From positions 131,939 through 195,938 of the forward strand of contig CAZLQX010000005.1 in assembly GCA_964561935.1 (NCBI GenBank): 64,000 nt of DNA. Direction: 5' to 3'. This document shows, piece after piece, positions 1 through 10,000 of the stretch. Origin of the DNA: an uncultured Holophagales bacterium. GTDB taxonomy: Bacteria; Acidobacteriota; Thermoanaerobaculia; UBA5066. Position 1 is the stretch's first letter; the number at the start of each line of letters is the position of its first letter. The notes beneath the pieces were generated by a model. The model worked only from the letters and a program-made list of their open reading frames with translations. It made no database searches and was not told the origin of the DNA. The translations under genes and the position numbers were made by a program.

Positions 1-2283
1 CGCCGCGAGCCGCCCGCGGCGCCCGAGCCCGGACGGCGCGCCGTCGCCGTCCTCGGCTTCGCGAACCTCTCCGGTCTCGCCGAGACCGCGTGGCTCGGGA
101 CGGCCCTGACCGAGATGCTCTCGACGGAGCTCGCCGCCGGCGAGGGACTCCGTCCCCTCCCCGGCGAGACGGTCGCGCGCGCGCGGGCCGACCTCTCGCT
201 CGAGCCGGCACAGACGCTCTCGCGCGAGACGCTCGGCCGGCTCCGGAAGGCGACGGGCGCCGCCCTCGTCGTCCACGGGACGTTCCTCGACCTCGGCGCC
301 CGGGGGAGCGGCCGCGTCCGCCTCGACGTCCGCCTCGTCGACGCGGCGCGGGGAGAGCTCCTCGCGAGCTTCTCGGAGGAGGGGGAGGAGGCGGCCCTCG
401 ACGCCGTCACCTCGCGCGCCGGGAACCGCCTGCTCGAGGCGCTCGGATCGTCGCGGAGAGGCGCCGCCCGGCGGGAAGCCCGCCGCGACCGCGAGGCCTC
501 CCGGCTCCATGCCGAGGGGATCGCGCGGCTCCGGCTCTTCGACGCCCGCGGCGCCGAGCCGTTCCTGAGGAAGGCCGCCGAGCGCGCGCCGGACGACCCG
601 CTCCTCCACACGGACCACGCCGAGGCGCTCTGGAGGCTCGGACGCGACCCGGAGGCGCGCGCGGCCGCGCGGGCCGCGTTCGAGAGGCTCGAGGGGCTCC
701 CGCGCGAAGAGCGGCTCGCGGCCGAGGGAAAGCTCCACGAGGTCCTCGGCGAGACGAAGGAGGCGATCGAGGCGCTCCGGGCGCTCCGGAGGCTCTACCC
801 CGACGACCTCGAGTACGGCCTCCAGCTCGCGGCGGTGCAGGCGGAGTCGGGCGACGCGAAGGGCTCTCTCGCCACCGTCGCCGAGCTCCGGAAGCTCCCC
901 GCCCCCGCGGGGGACGACGTCCGGCTCGACCTCGCCGAGGCCCGCGCCCTCTCCGAGGCCGAAGACTACCGCCGCCAGGAAGAGGCTGCGGCCCGGGCCG
1001 CGAAGCGAGCCGGCGCCGACGGCCTATTCGCCGTGCGGGCGCGGGCGCTCCGCCTCCTCGGGACGGCCCGGCGCGCGCTCGGGAAGGGGGAGGAGGCCGC
1101 GCAGGCCTTCGCCGAGGCGCGGACGCTCCACGCGAAGGCGGGCGACCGGGCGGCCGAGGCCCGCGTCATCCGAGACGCGGCCGGCCTCGCCTGGGACCGC
1201 GGCGACCTCGACGCGAGCCGCCGCGAGGTCGGCGAGTCGCTCGTCATCTTCCGGGAGATCGGGGACGAGCGGGGCCTGGCAGTCGCCCTCGAGACGCTCG
1301 CCGTCCTCGAGAAGGCTCAGGGACGCCCCGCCGCGGCGCGCGCCTACCTGACCGAGGCGCGCGACCTCTACGCGCGTCAGGGGGACCAGGGCCGGCTCCT
1401 CCAGGCGACGCTCACGCTCGCGAACATCCTCGTCGCCGAGGGGGACCTCGCCGGCGCCGCGCGCGGCTTTCGCGAGGTCGCCGACGGCGGACGCTCCCGC
1501 GGGAGCGACGAGCAGGCGGGCCTCGGCGACGCGAACCTCGCGAGCGTCCTTCTCTGGCGGGGCGAGCTCGCCGAGGCCCTCGAGAGGAACGCGCGCGCCG
1601 TCGAGACCTTCCGCCGGATCGGGCACCGCGACTTCGAGGCCGCCTCGCTCCGGACCCTCGCGACGATCCTCCGGGAGGGTCTGCGCCGCGAGGAGGAGGA
1701 GACGACGCTCGCCCGCGCCGAGGAGGTCGAACGGGCGCAGGGGTCGGCCCCCGGTCCCGCCACGCACGCGGCGCGCGTCGAGCAGCGCCTCGCGGCCGGC
1801 GACCTCCCCGCCGCCGAGGAGGCCTTCCGGCGCCTCGCGGCCGCGCTCGGGCCGGAGCCGGACCCGGACGCGCTCCTCGACCGGCACCTCCTCGAGGCCC
1901 GGATCGCCCTCGCCCGGGGCCGGCTCCCCGAGGCGCGGAAGGCCGTCCGGGCCGCCCGCGCCGCCGCGGGGAGGACGGCCGACTTCGAGCCGGACGCGAA
2001 GCCGTCCCTCGCGCTCGTCGAGGGGCTCCTCGCGGCGGCGGAGGGGCGGCGCGAGGAGGCCGCGCGCGACCTCGCCGCGCTCGCGGCCGACGCGCGCGCC
2101 GCGTCGCTCGCGTTCGTCGCGTTCGAGGCCGAGCTCGCGCACGCCGAGGTCGAGCTCGCGCTCGGCAGGCAGGCCGGGGCGGAAGGCCGGCTCCGCGCCC
2201 TCGCGGCCGAGGCGCGCGGGAAGGGGGCCCTTCGCGTCGCCTCGACCGCGGAGGCGCTCCTCGCGCGCGCCGCCCGGCCCTGA
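1..2283 (+). CDS. TPR-repeat regulatory protein, 5' partial. The frame is open from base 1; the ORF track's Met at 115 is internal.
   Basis: Frame +1 has no stop from base 1. The N-terminal peptide AVLGFANLSG..TAWLGTALTEMLSTEL resembles the TolB-like/adenylate-cyclase-type N-domain that precedes TPR arrays. It is followed by about 650 aa of Ala/Leu/Arg-rich TPR-like helical repeats. The dominant alternative ORFs (90..2339 +, 1024..2142 -) are Arg/Pro/Gly junk. Confidence 0.6.
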   Translation, partial: RREPPAAPEPGRRAVAVLGFANLSGLAETAWLGTALTEMLSTELAAGEGLRPLPGETVARARADLSLEPAQTLSRETLGRLRKATGAALVVHGTFLDLGARGSGRVRLDVRLVDAARGELLASFSEEGEEAALDAVTSRAGNRLLEALGSSRRGAARREARRDREASRLHAEGIARLRLFDARGAEPFLRKAAERAPDDPLLHTDHAEALWRLGRDPEARAAARAAFERLEGLPREERLAAEGKLHEVLGETKEAIEALRALRRLYPDDLEYGLQLAAVQAESGDAKGSLATVAELRKLPAPAGDDVRLDLAEARALSEAEDYRRQEEAAARAAKRAGADGLFAVRARALRLLGTARRALGKGEEAAQAFAEARTLHAKAGDRAAEARVIRDAAGLAWDRGDLDASRREVGESLVIFREIGDERGLAVALETLAVLEKAQGRPAAARAYLTEARDLYARQGDQGRLLQATLTLANILVAEGDLAGAARGFREVADGGRSRGSDEQAGLGDANLASVLLWRGELAEALERNARAVETFRRIGHRDFEAASLRTLATILREGLRREEEETTLARAEEVERAQGSAPGPATHAARVEQRLAAGDLPAAEEAFRRLAAALGPEPDPDALLDRHLLEARIALARGRLPEARKAVRAARAAAGRTADFEPDAKPSLALVEGLLAAAEGRREEAARDLAALAADARAASLAFVAFEAELAHAEVELALGRQAGAEGRLRALAAEARGKGALRVASTAEALLARAARP

Positions 2284-2295
2284 ACGGCGCCGGGG

Positions 2296-3225
2296 TCAGG
2301 CGCGGCCGAACGCGACGAGGAGGACGATCCCCGCGGTGACGACGAAGATCCCCGCGAGGACCCGCGCCCCGAGCCGCTCCCTCCCGATGACGAACGCGAA
2401 CGGCACCGAGAGGACCGGCGCGAGCGAGGTGAGCGCCGCGGCGACGGCGAGCGGCGAGTGCGTCAGCCCGATCACGAAGAGGGCCGTCCCGCCGACGCTC
2501 TCGAGGAGGAGATAGGGCCACGCGCGCCGGAGCTCGCCGGCCGGGACGAGGAGCGTCCGGGGGCTCCGCCGGAGGAGGAGCGTCCCGAGGGGGATGAGCG
2601 CCGCCGCGAATCCCATCCGGTACGTGTTCACGACGGCGACGGGAAGGTCCGCGCCGCCGCGGGCGATCGCGAACGTGTTCAGCGCCCAGAGGAACGACGT
2701 CGCGAGGGAGAGGAGGACGCCCGTCGCGCGGCCGGGCCGGGGTCCGCGGCGCGCCGGCTCCTCCGGTTCCGCGTCGACTTCCTCCCCGTCGCGCCGTCCG
2801 ACGACCGCGACGACGCCGGCGACGACGAGGCCGACGCCGGCGTACCCGGCCGGCGAGACGCGCTGACCGAGGAAGAGCCCGCCGGCGAGCGCCGACCAGA
2901 TCGGGTAGATCGAGGAGACCGCGAGGGCGACGGGGACACCGAGGAGGCGCGCGCTCGCGAGGAAGAGGGCGTCGCCGAGGACGTAGCTCCCGACGACGCT
3001 CAGGACGAGCCAGCCGGCCCTCTCCGGCCCGACGAGGGCGAGGCCACCCGGCTCGAGCACGAGGGCGCCGAGGAGAAAGAAGGGGAAGGAGAGCGACGCC
3101 CGGGCGAAGTTCACCGCCGAGGGGCTCGAAGCGTGCGCGGCCCGCGTGTAGACGTTCGCGGCGAGCGCCCAGAAGGCCGCGGAGCCGAGGCAGGCCGCCG
3201 GTCCGAGGAAGAGGGACGCGCTCAC
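2296..3225 (-). CDS. EamA/DMT-family (drug/metabolite exporter) membrane transporter
   Basis: 309 aa with two repeated five-TM hydrophobic halves, separated by a charged loop (DGEEVDAEPEEP). The overall Gly/Ala/Leu/Val-rich pattern is typical of the EamA duplication. Confidence 0.7.
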   Translation of the reverse strand: MSASLFLGPAACLGSAAFWALAANVYTRAAHASSPSAVNFARASLSFPFFLLGALVLEPGGLALVGPERAGWLVLSVVGSYVLGDALFLASARLLGVPVALAVSSIYPIWSALAGGLFLGQRVSPAGYAGVGLVVAGVVAVVGRRDGEEVDAEPEEPARRGPRPGRATGVLLSLATSFLWALNTFAIARGGADLPVAVVNTYRMGFAAALIPLGTLLLRRSPRTLLVPAGELRRAWPYLLLESVGGTALFVIGLTHSPLAVAAALTSLAPVLSVPFAFVIGRERLGARVLAGIFVVTAGIVLLVAFGRA

Positions 3226-3241
3226 GGAGGGGAGGCGCGCC

Positions 3242-3919
3242 TCAGGCGGCGGCCGGGACGGGCCGCGGCGCGGCGACGACGCGGTGCCGGTCGACCCAGT
3301 ACGCCCACGCCACGAGGAGCCACTGCGCGTGCCCCGCCCAGGCGATCGCCTCGACGCTCGGCGGCGCAGCGCCGAACAGGTTCGCAGCGTGGACGAGCAG
3401 AAGGAAGGCGACGAGCCCGGCGAGGGCGAAGCGGCCGGTGCGGTCCGCGGGGCGGGTCGCGCGGAGGTAGAGCGCGAGGCCGGCGGCGAAGAGCGCGAGC
3501 TCGACGACGAGCGTCGCGGGGAGGGAGTCCCAGAGGCCGAGCCCGACTCTCGTCCCGCCGCCCGGCCAGAGCGGGAGATCGGGCCGGTGGGTCGCGAGGT
3601 CGAGGAGCCAGTGGCTGACGACCGCGCCGAACACGGCGAGCGCGCCGGCCGCGTGGCGCCGGAGGAGCAGGTAGGCCCCGGAGAACAGGCCGGCCCAGAC
3701 GACGGCCATCAGGAGCGAGTGGGAGATCGGGTAGGAGACGAAGTCGAGCGGCGTGACGCGCGTGATCCCGGGGCGGATCTCGACCTTCTCGAGCCCGAGG
3801 AGGAGGAGCGTCGGCCAGAGGAGGTCGACGAGCTGGGCGGCGAGGAAGAGCGTCCCGAGGGAGACACGCGGCGCGGCCGCCTTCGCCGCGAAGCCGACGC
3901 CGAAGTGGCCGACGAACAT
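3242..3919 (-). CDS. membrane-bound metal-dependent hydrolase (YdjM/DUF457 family)
   Basis: 225 aa polytopic protein starting MFVGHFGVGFAAK with conserved His/Asp positions (HxxxH...HWLLD), typical of LexA-regulated inner-membrane hydrolases. Confidence 0.6.
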   Translation of the reverse strand: MFVGHFGVGFAAKAAAPRVSLGTLFLAAQLVDLLWPTLLLLGLEKVEIRPGITRVTPLDFVSYPISHSLLMAVVWAGLFSGAYLLLRRHAAGALAVFGAVVSHWLLDLATHRPDLPLWPGGGTRVGLGLWDSLPATLVVELALFAAGLALYLRATRPADRTGRFALAGLVAFLLLVHAANLFGAAPPSVEAIAWAGHAQWLLVAWAYWVDRHRVVAAPRPVPAAA

Positions 3920-4004
3920 GGCGGCAGAGAGTAGCAGGGGGCATGCCCGGGGCGCGCCGTCCGGCCGGGCGTCGTTCCGCCGGAACGCCTCCGCGCGGCC
4001 CGTC

Positions 4005-5408
4005 TCAGCAGTCGGGGAGGCCGACGCTCACGCCCGCGTGGGAGGCGAGGCGGGCGGCGAGACCTCCGCGCGCCGTCTCCTTGTACTTGCTCTTCATGTC
4101 GAGGCCCGTGTCGCGCATCGTCCGGATGACGTCGTCGAGCGAGACGAAGGCGTGCCCGTCGCCGCGCAGGGCGAGGCGCGCGGCGTTGATCGCCTTGACC
4201 GCGGCCATCGCGTTCCGCTCGATGCACGGAACCTGGACGAGCCCGCCGACCGGGTCGCACGTCAGGCCGAGGTTGTGCTCCATCGCGATCTCGGCCGCGT
4301 TCGCGGCCTGCTCCGGCGTCCCGCCGAGGACCTCGGCGAGGGCGCCGGCCGCCATCGAGCAGGCGCTGCCGACCTCTCCCTGGCAACCGACCTCCGCGCC
4401 GCTGATCGACGCCCCCTCCTTGCAGAGGAGCCCGACGGCGCCCGCCGTCAGGAGCATCCTCACGACGCCTCCGTCCGTCGCGCCCGGGACGAAGCGCCGG
4501 TAGTAGTGGAGGACCGCCGGGAGGATCCCCGCGGCGCCGTTCGTCGGGGCCGTGACGACGCGGCTCCCGGCCGCGTTCTCCTCGTTCACGGCGAGGGCGT
4601 AGAGGCTCACCCAGTCGATCGCGGTGAGCGGGTCGGCGAGGCCGCTCTCGGGATGCTCCGTCAGCTGCCGGAAGAGGGCGGGGGCCCGCCGCTTCACGCC
4701 GAGGCCGCCCGGGAGGACTCCGCTCGCGCGGCAGCCGCGGCGGACGCACTCCTGCATGACGCCCCAGACGCGCAGGAGGCCCTCCTCCGTCGCGGCGTCC
4801 GGCCGGTACGCGGCCTCGTTCCTCCGCACGACGCCGCTGATCGGAAGCGACGTCCGCCCGCACGTCGCGAGGAGCTCCTCGGCCGTCCGGAACGGGTGCG
4901 GGACGACGGTCTCCTCTGCGCGCGGCCCCGCGGGACCGCTCCCCTCCTCCACCACGAAGCCGCCGCCGGTCGAGAAGTACGTCCGCTCCGCGAGCGGCCT
5001 GCCCGCCGCGTCGCGTGCCGCGAGCGTCAGGCCGTTCGGGTGGAACGGCAGGGGCTCGAGGACGAGCCGGAGCGCCTCCGCCTCGACGAACGGCACCTCG
5101 CGCCGCCCCAGGAGGACGAGCCGCCCCGAGGCGCGGACCTCCCCGACGAGCGCGTCGGCGCGCTCCGGCTCGACGCCGTCGGGCGTCTCGCCGATGAGAC
5201 CGAGGACGACGGCGCGGTCCGTCGCGTGGCCGCGGGCCGTCGCCGCGAGGGAGCCGTGGAGCGTGACCCTTACGGCGGCGACCGATCCCAAGACGCCCGC
5301 CTCGTCGAGGCCGAGGACGAACGCGCGCGCCGCCTTCATCGGCCCGAGCGTGTGCGAGCTGCTCGGCCCGATGCCGATCTCGAAGAGGTCGAGGACGGAG
5401 AGGCTCAT
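4005..5408 (-). CDS. sdaA: L-serine dehydratase, iron-sulfur dependent, single chain
   Basis: Starts [24 protein letters not shown], the SdaA beta-domain signature. The alpha-domain is continuous, with the Cys cluster (..[14 protein letters not shown]..) and the C-terminal [16 protein letters not shown]. The upstream extension of the ORF to 5714 is Arg/Pro-rich and rejected. The start coordinate may be off by 1-2 nt. Confidence 0.85.
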   Translation of the reverse strand: MSLSVLDLFEIGIGPSSSHTLGPMKAARAFVLGLDEAGVLGSVAAVRVTLHGSLAATARGHATDRAVVLGLIGETPDGVEPERADALVGEVRASGRLVLLGRREVPFVEAEALRLVLEPLPFHPNGLTLAARDAAGRPLAERTYFSTGGGFVVEEGSGPAGPRAEETVVPHPFRTAEELLATCGRTSLPISGVVRRNEAAYRPDAATEEGLLRVWGVMQECVRRGCRASGVLPGGLGVKRRAPALFRQLTEHPESGLADPLTAIDWVSLYALAVNEENAAGSRVVTAPTNGAAGILPAVLHYYRRFVPGATDGGVVRMLLTAGAVGLLCKEGASISGAEVGCQGEVGSACSMAAGALAEVLGGTPEQAANAAEIAMEHNLGLTCDPVGGLVQVPCIERNAMAAVKAINAARLALRGDGHAFVSLDDVIRTMRDTGLDMKSKYKETARGGLAARLASHAGVSVGLPDC

Positions 5409-5691
5409 CGTGCTCCCCGGCCGCGGCGCCGGTCCCGCGCGGACCTCACCTCGCCTTCCCCCGGCCGTGGACGACGGGAGCGCCGATGCCACCCCGGGCC
5501 CGCCCGTCGGGCGTCGAGGAGGAGACGGCGAGGAGCGTTCCGCGTCCCGCGTCGACGACGGCGAGCGGCGGCAGGAGAACGCAGAGGAGCGCGCGGCCGA
5601 GACCCATCCGTCTATTCTCTCCTCAGCGGCGGCCCCGCCGGGACGCCCGAAGGAAGCCGCCTGCACGCCCAGCCCCCGGAAGGAGTCCGCC

Positions 5692-6831
5692 GTGATCGAC
5701 GAGACGCTCACCATGATCCCCGGCCCGACCCCGGTCCACGGCCGGGTCCTCGACGCCCTCGCCCGCCCGACGACGTCGCACGTCGCCCCCTCCTTCGTCG
5801 AACGGTTTCGCGAGGCGCTCTCGGGCTTCCGCTCCCTCTGCCGGAGCGAGAAGGGGCAACCGTTCGTCGTCGCCGGGGGCGGGACGCTCGCGATGGAGAT
5901 CGCCCTCGTGAACGTCGTCGCCCCCGGGGAGAAGCTCCTCGTCGTCTCGCACGGCTACTTCGGCGACCGATTCGGAGACCTCGCGGCGGCCTTCGGGATC
6001 GAGGCCGACGTCCTCAGGGCGGAGTGGGGCCAGGCGATCCCGCCCGCCGAGGTCGAGTCTCGCCTCGAGAGGGGCGGCTACGCGGCCGTCACCGTCACTC
6101 ACGTCGACACGTCCACGGGTACGCGGGCCGCGGCCGCAGAGGTCGCCACCCTCCTCCGCGGCCGGCCCGAGCTCTTCCTCCTCGACGGCGTCTGCGCAAC
6201 GGGAGGCGTCGACGAACGGTTCGACGAGTGGGGCGTCGACGTCCTCCTGACCGGCCCGCAGAAGGCGATCGGCGCCCCTCCCGGCCTCGCGCTCTGCCTC
6301 TTCTCGGAGAGGGCGATGGCCCGGCGAAAGGCGCGCGCCTCGGTCCCGGCCTACTACGCCGACGCCCTGCGCTGGCTCCCCGTCATGGAGTACCCCGGAA
6401 AGTACTTCTCGACCCCGTGCGTGAACGAGATCGTCGCTCTCGCCGAAGCCCTCCGGATCGCGCACGCGGAGGGGCTCGACGCGCGGTTCGCCCGCCACGC
6501 GCGGATCGCCCGGGCCGTCCGCGCCGGCCTCGCGGCGCTCGGCCTCGAGCTCTTCACCGACGCCTCCTGCCGCGCCGACACGCTCTCCGTCGTCCTCCTT
6601 CCGGCCGGCGTCGCGGACGCCGACTTCCGCCGCGAGGTCGCTGCGCGGGGCGTCGTCGTGGCGGGCGGCCTCGGCCCGATCGCCGGGAAGGCCTTCCGGC
6701 TCGGGCACATGGGAAACGTCGGCCCCGCCGAGGTCGCGACGACGCTCACCGCGATCGAGGGGGCCCTCGCCGCCCTGGGCCTCTCGGTTCCGCCAGGCAC
6801 CGCCCTCGCCGCCGCCGCCGCGCAGCTCTGA
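5692..6831 (+). CDS. class V aminotransferase (serine-pyruvate / alanine-glyoxylate aminotransferase family)
   Basis: N-terminus ..LTMIPGPTPV, a Gly-rich PLP region, and the lysine motif TGPQKAIGAPPGL. The GTG start at 5692 is preceded by GGAAGGAG at -7. The long upstream extension to 4624 is an Arg/Ser/Pro-rich artefact. Confidence 0.8.
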   Translation: MIDETLTMIPGPTPVHGRVLDALARPTTSHVAPSFVERFREALSGFRSLCRSEKGQPFVVAGGGTLAMEIALVNVVAPGEKLLVVSHGYFGDRFGDLAAAFGIEADVLRAEWGQAIPPAEVESRLERGGYAAVTVTHVDTSTGTRAAAAEVATLLRGRPELFLLDGVCATGGVDERFDEWGVDVLLTGPQKAIGAPPGLALCLFSERAMARRKARASVPAYYADALRWLPVMEYPGKYFSTPCVNEIVALAEALRIAHAEGLDARFARHARIARAVRAGLAALGLELFTDASCRADTLSVVLLPAGVADADFRREVAARGVVVAGGLGPIAGKAFRLGHMGNVGPAEVATTLTAIEGALAALGLSVPPGTALAAAAAQL

Positions 6832-6902
6832 GCTCCGGCGGCTCCGGCCGTCGACGTCCTTCCCGGAGCCGTCGCTTCCCCCTCGCCCCCGCGAGCCGAC
6901 GC

Positions 6903-6957
6903 AGAGTGTAGAAAGTAGACCTGACCCCGGGGCCAGGTCTACCTTCTACACTCTGCG
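6903..6957. repeat. REP-like palindromic element, copy 1. Arms are about 23 bp (GAGTGTAGAAAGTAGACCTG ... CAGGTCTACCTTCTACACTC) around a CCCCGGGG core.
   Basis: Near-perfect inverted repeat with one mismatch, read directly in the intergenic region after the aminotransferase gene. A second copy lies at about 13592..13650. Confidence 0.7.
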
Positions 6958-7097
6958 GAGCACCCTTCGGCGCCGTCCTGCGGAGAGGGCTGCGCTCCGG
7001 GATGCGAATCGGGCAGACTCCCGCTGCGACGAAGCGAGGCGAACGAACCGGCCGGGGACCGACCCCGGCTCCGTGCGGAGCACGGGGAGGGCACGCC

Positions 7098-10000
7098 ATG
7101 AGGAACGACCGTCCGACGTCCGCAGCGGAGAACGCCGCCTCCGGCCTCTCGAAGCGCGCCCTCGCGACGCCCGAGCCGTACGTCCGCCTCTTCTCCAGGC
7201 GCGTCCAGCAGGAGGGGGCCCTCGACCTGACCCAGGGCGACTACAAGAACGCCGACTTCGCGCCGCACCCGGAGGTCGTGAGGGCCGCCCAGCGGATCAC
7301 GCGGAACACCGTCCACAGCTACGGGCCCGCCGTCGGGCGGATGGACGTCCGGGGCGAGGTCGCCGACTTCTTCAACCGCGACGGCCTCCTCGACTACCCC
7401 GCCTCGAACGTCCGCTTCCTCCCCGACGAGGTCCTCTTCACGCCGGGGACCCGCTCGGGCCTCGCGATGGTCCTCGAGGTCCTCGGGGCCGACGGCTCGG
7501 GGGTCGTCGTCCCGCGGCCGAGCTGGGAGTACGACTGGTACGTCGAGCGGGCCGGCAAGAAGCTCGTCGAGCTCCCGACGACGCCCCCCGACTTCCTCCC
7601 CGACCCGAAGGAGCTCGACCGGCTCCTCGCGAAAGGGGGGATCTCCTCCGTCATCCTGAACAACCCGCACAACCCGACCGGGCGGGTCTACCCGAGGGAG
7701 CTCGTCGAGGCGATCGTCCGGGTCGCGGTGAAGCACCGCTGCTACGTCCTCTACGACTCGGTCTACCAGCGGCTCGACTACGTCGGCTGGTTCGTGAACC
7801 CCGCCTTCGCCGACCCCGAGTGGCGCGACCGGGTCGTCTCCCTCTCGGGCCTCTCGAAGATGGACATGTTCGGCGCCTCGACCGGCGCGCGCGCCTGCTG
7901 GATGGTGATCTCCGACCAGATCCGCGCGAACGGCATCCGGGCCCGGGAGATCCTCGCGAACCTCTCCGCGTGGCTCGTCGCCACCCCCTCGACGCTCGCG
8001 CAGGACTGGGCCCTCGCCGCGCTTCAGAGCCCGCTCGCGGCGCTCCGCCGCCCCTCGCCCTACATGCGCGAGCGGCGCGACTACATGGTGAGGGCCGCCG
8101 ACGACCTCGCGCCGCTCGGCGTGACGAGGACCGACTTCGGCGGGACGTTCTACGCCCCGCTCGCCTTCCCCGGCCTCGTCGGCGAGCCGTTCGACCGCCT
8201 GAGGAACGGCGTCCGCGAGAGGGCCGTCGTGACGGACTCCGTCGACGCCTTCGAGCTCCTCCTCTCGGGCGGGGTCGGCGGGATCCCGTTCGTCGCCTTC
8301 GCCGGCTCCGACGCCGCGCGCTACGGCACCTGGCAGCGGCTCTCCTACGGCTCGAAGGACGTCAAAGAGCTGACCGTCTTCATCGACCGCGTGAAGGCGC
8401 GGATCGAGGCGCAGGGGAAGCTCGGGTCGAGCGCCCCGGCCGCACAGGTCGCGGCAACGCCGCTCGCCGCCGTCTGGGAGAGCGTCTGCACGGCCGCGGG
8501 CTACGAGGCGCTCGACGATCTCGACCCGAAGGCGTTCGCGAAGGCCCGGGCGGAGTTCCTGAAGGCGCCGCGCCACGAGGAGCTCCGCCTCACCGGGACG
8601 AAGCACCCCGACTCGACGGCCCACCGCGCCGAGCAGCTCGACCGCGCCCTGAGCGCCGTGCCGGCCGGCGCCGACCGCGCGAGGCTCGCGCTCAAGCACC
8701 TCGAGTGGAACCCGCTCGTCGACGCGCGCCTCGAGTACGAGGAGACGGTCGCCGACCTCCTCGGACCGTGCAGCGAGGTGCTCCTCGACTTCGAGGGGCG
8801 CCAGATCAGCCCCGAGTGGCTCGACCTGCCGGAGAAGGTCGTCCTCGCCCTCCTCCGCCACGGCGTCGTCCCGGGCGAGGACCGCCACCTCCTCTTCCGG
8901 GTCCCGAACCCCTTCATCGAGCAGGACGAGGAGAAGATCGTCCGGATCCTCGCCTCGGTCGCGCGCGCGAACGCCCTCTTCCACCTCGCCTGCGAGAAGG
9001 TCGGGGTGCCGCCGTCGCAGAACGCGCTCCCGGAGCTGACCGTCCCGCAGGTGAACTCGGGCGCCGAGATCGGCGCCGTCGTGAAGATCGGGACGCTCTA
9101 CCGCGCCGCGATCGCCTCCCTCTTCGCCGGCGACGCGCACGGCGACGCCTTCCTCCGGGCGCGCGTCCCCGAGGCGCGCCGCGCGGAGATGATCGCGAAG
9201 CTCGAGCGCGTCCGGCTCGTCCCGCTCTGCGAGAACGTCGGCGCGCTCGCGCGCCTCCCCGAGTTCCTCGAGGCGTTCTACGTCGCCCTCGAGAGGGGCC
9301 GCGGTCTCCCCGACGTCCCGACGGCCGCCGTCTTCCGGACGCGCTTCGACCGCGACGAGGCGATCGTCCGCGTCTTCGTCGCCATGTCCGACACCGCCGA
9401 GCAGAGCGGCAAGGTGGCGACGGACGCCGCCGTCACGCTCGCGCTCGCCGGCCGCGAGGAGGCCGAGGGGCGGCTCGCCGCGCTCGCGGCGAAGGCGGGT
9501 GAGCCGGCGCCGCGCGTCACGTTCCTGATCGGCGCCGGGCGGGCCGGCTTCCGCGGCGGCTTCGACCCCGACCACCCGGGGGTGATCCGGCAGTTCGCGC
9601 GCGCCGACGGCGTCACGATGCAGGGGATCCGCGCCGACGACCCGGCCGCCGCCGAGCGCCTCGCCGCCGCCTTCCGCGCCGCCGTCGCCTCCCCCGCGCC
9701 GTCGCCCGCGATGACCGCGGCCGACCGCGACGCGCTCGGCAAGCTCCTCGAGGCGGGCGTGAAGGCCCACACCGAGACGCTCCTCCGAATCGCGCCGCTC
9801 CTCGCTCCGTTCGGCGGCCTCGTGCCGCAGACGCGCGTGCGGATCCGCGCGACGGGCTCCGTGAACTACGGGCGCTCGATCCCGACCTACCCCGAGGAGT
9901 GGGGCGGCGGGACGACGCTCCCCGACAACCGCGACCTGCGCGACGCCTGGCCCGAGGGGGTCACGCTCCCGCGCGCCATCGTCTACAACCTCGGGTCGAC

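Noticed and set aside
90-2339. 749-aa ORF in frame +3 overlapping the TPR gene
   Set aside because: The translation is an Arg/Pro/Gly homopolymer-like string (RRRRGTPSPPRRDGRARAG...), typical of off-frame reading of high-GC coding DNA. The co-located +1 frame gives a sensible TPR protein.
3753-6911. 1052-aa plus-strand ORF spanning sdaA (antisense) and the aminotransferase
   Set aside because: Arg/Pro/Gly-dominated junk that crosses two well-supported genes in other frames. Same for 3709..4863 (-) and 3222..3944 (-).
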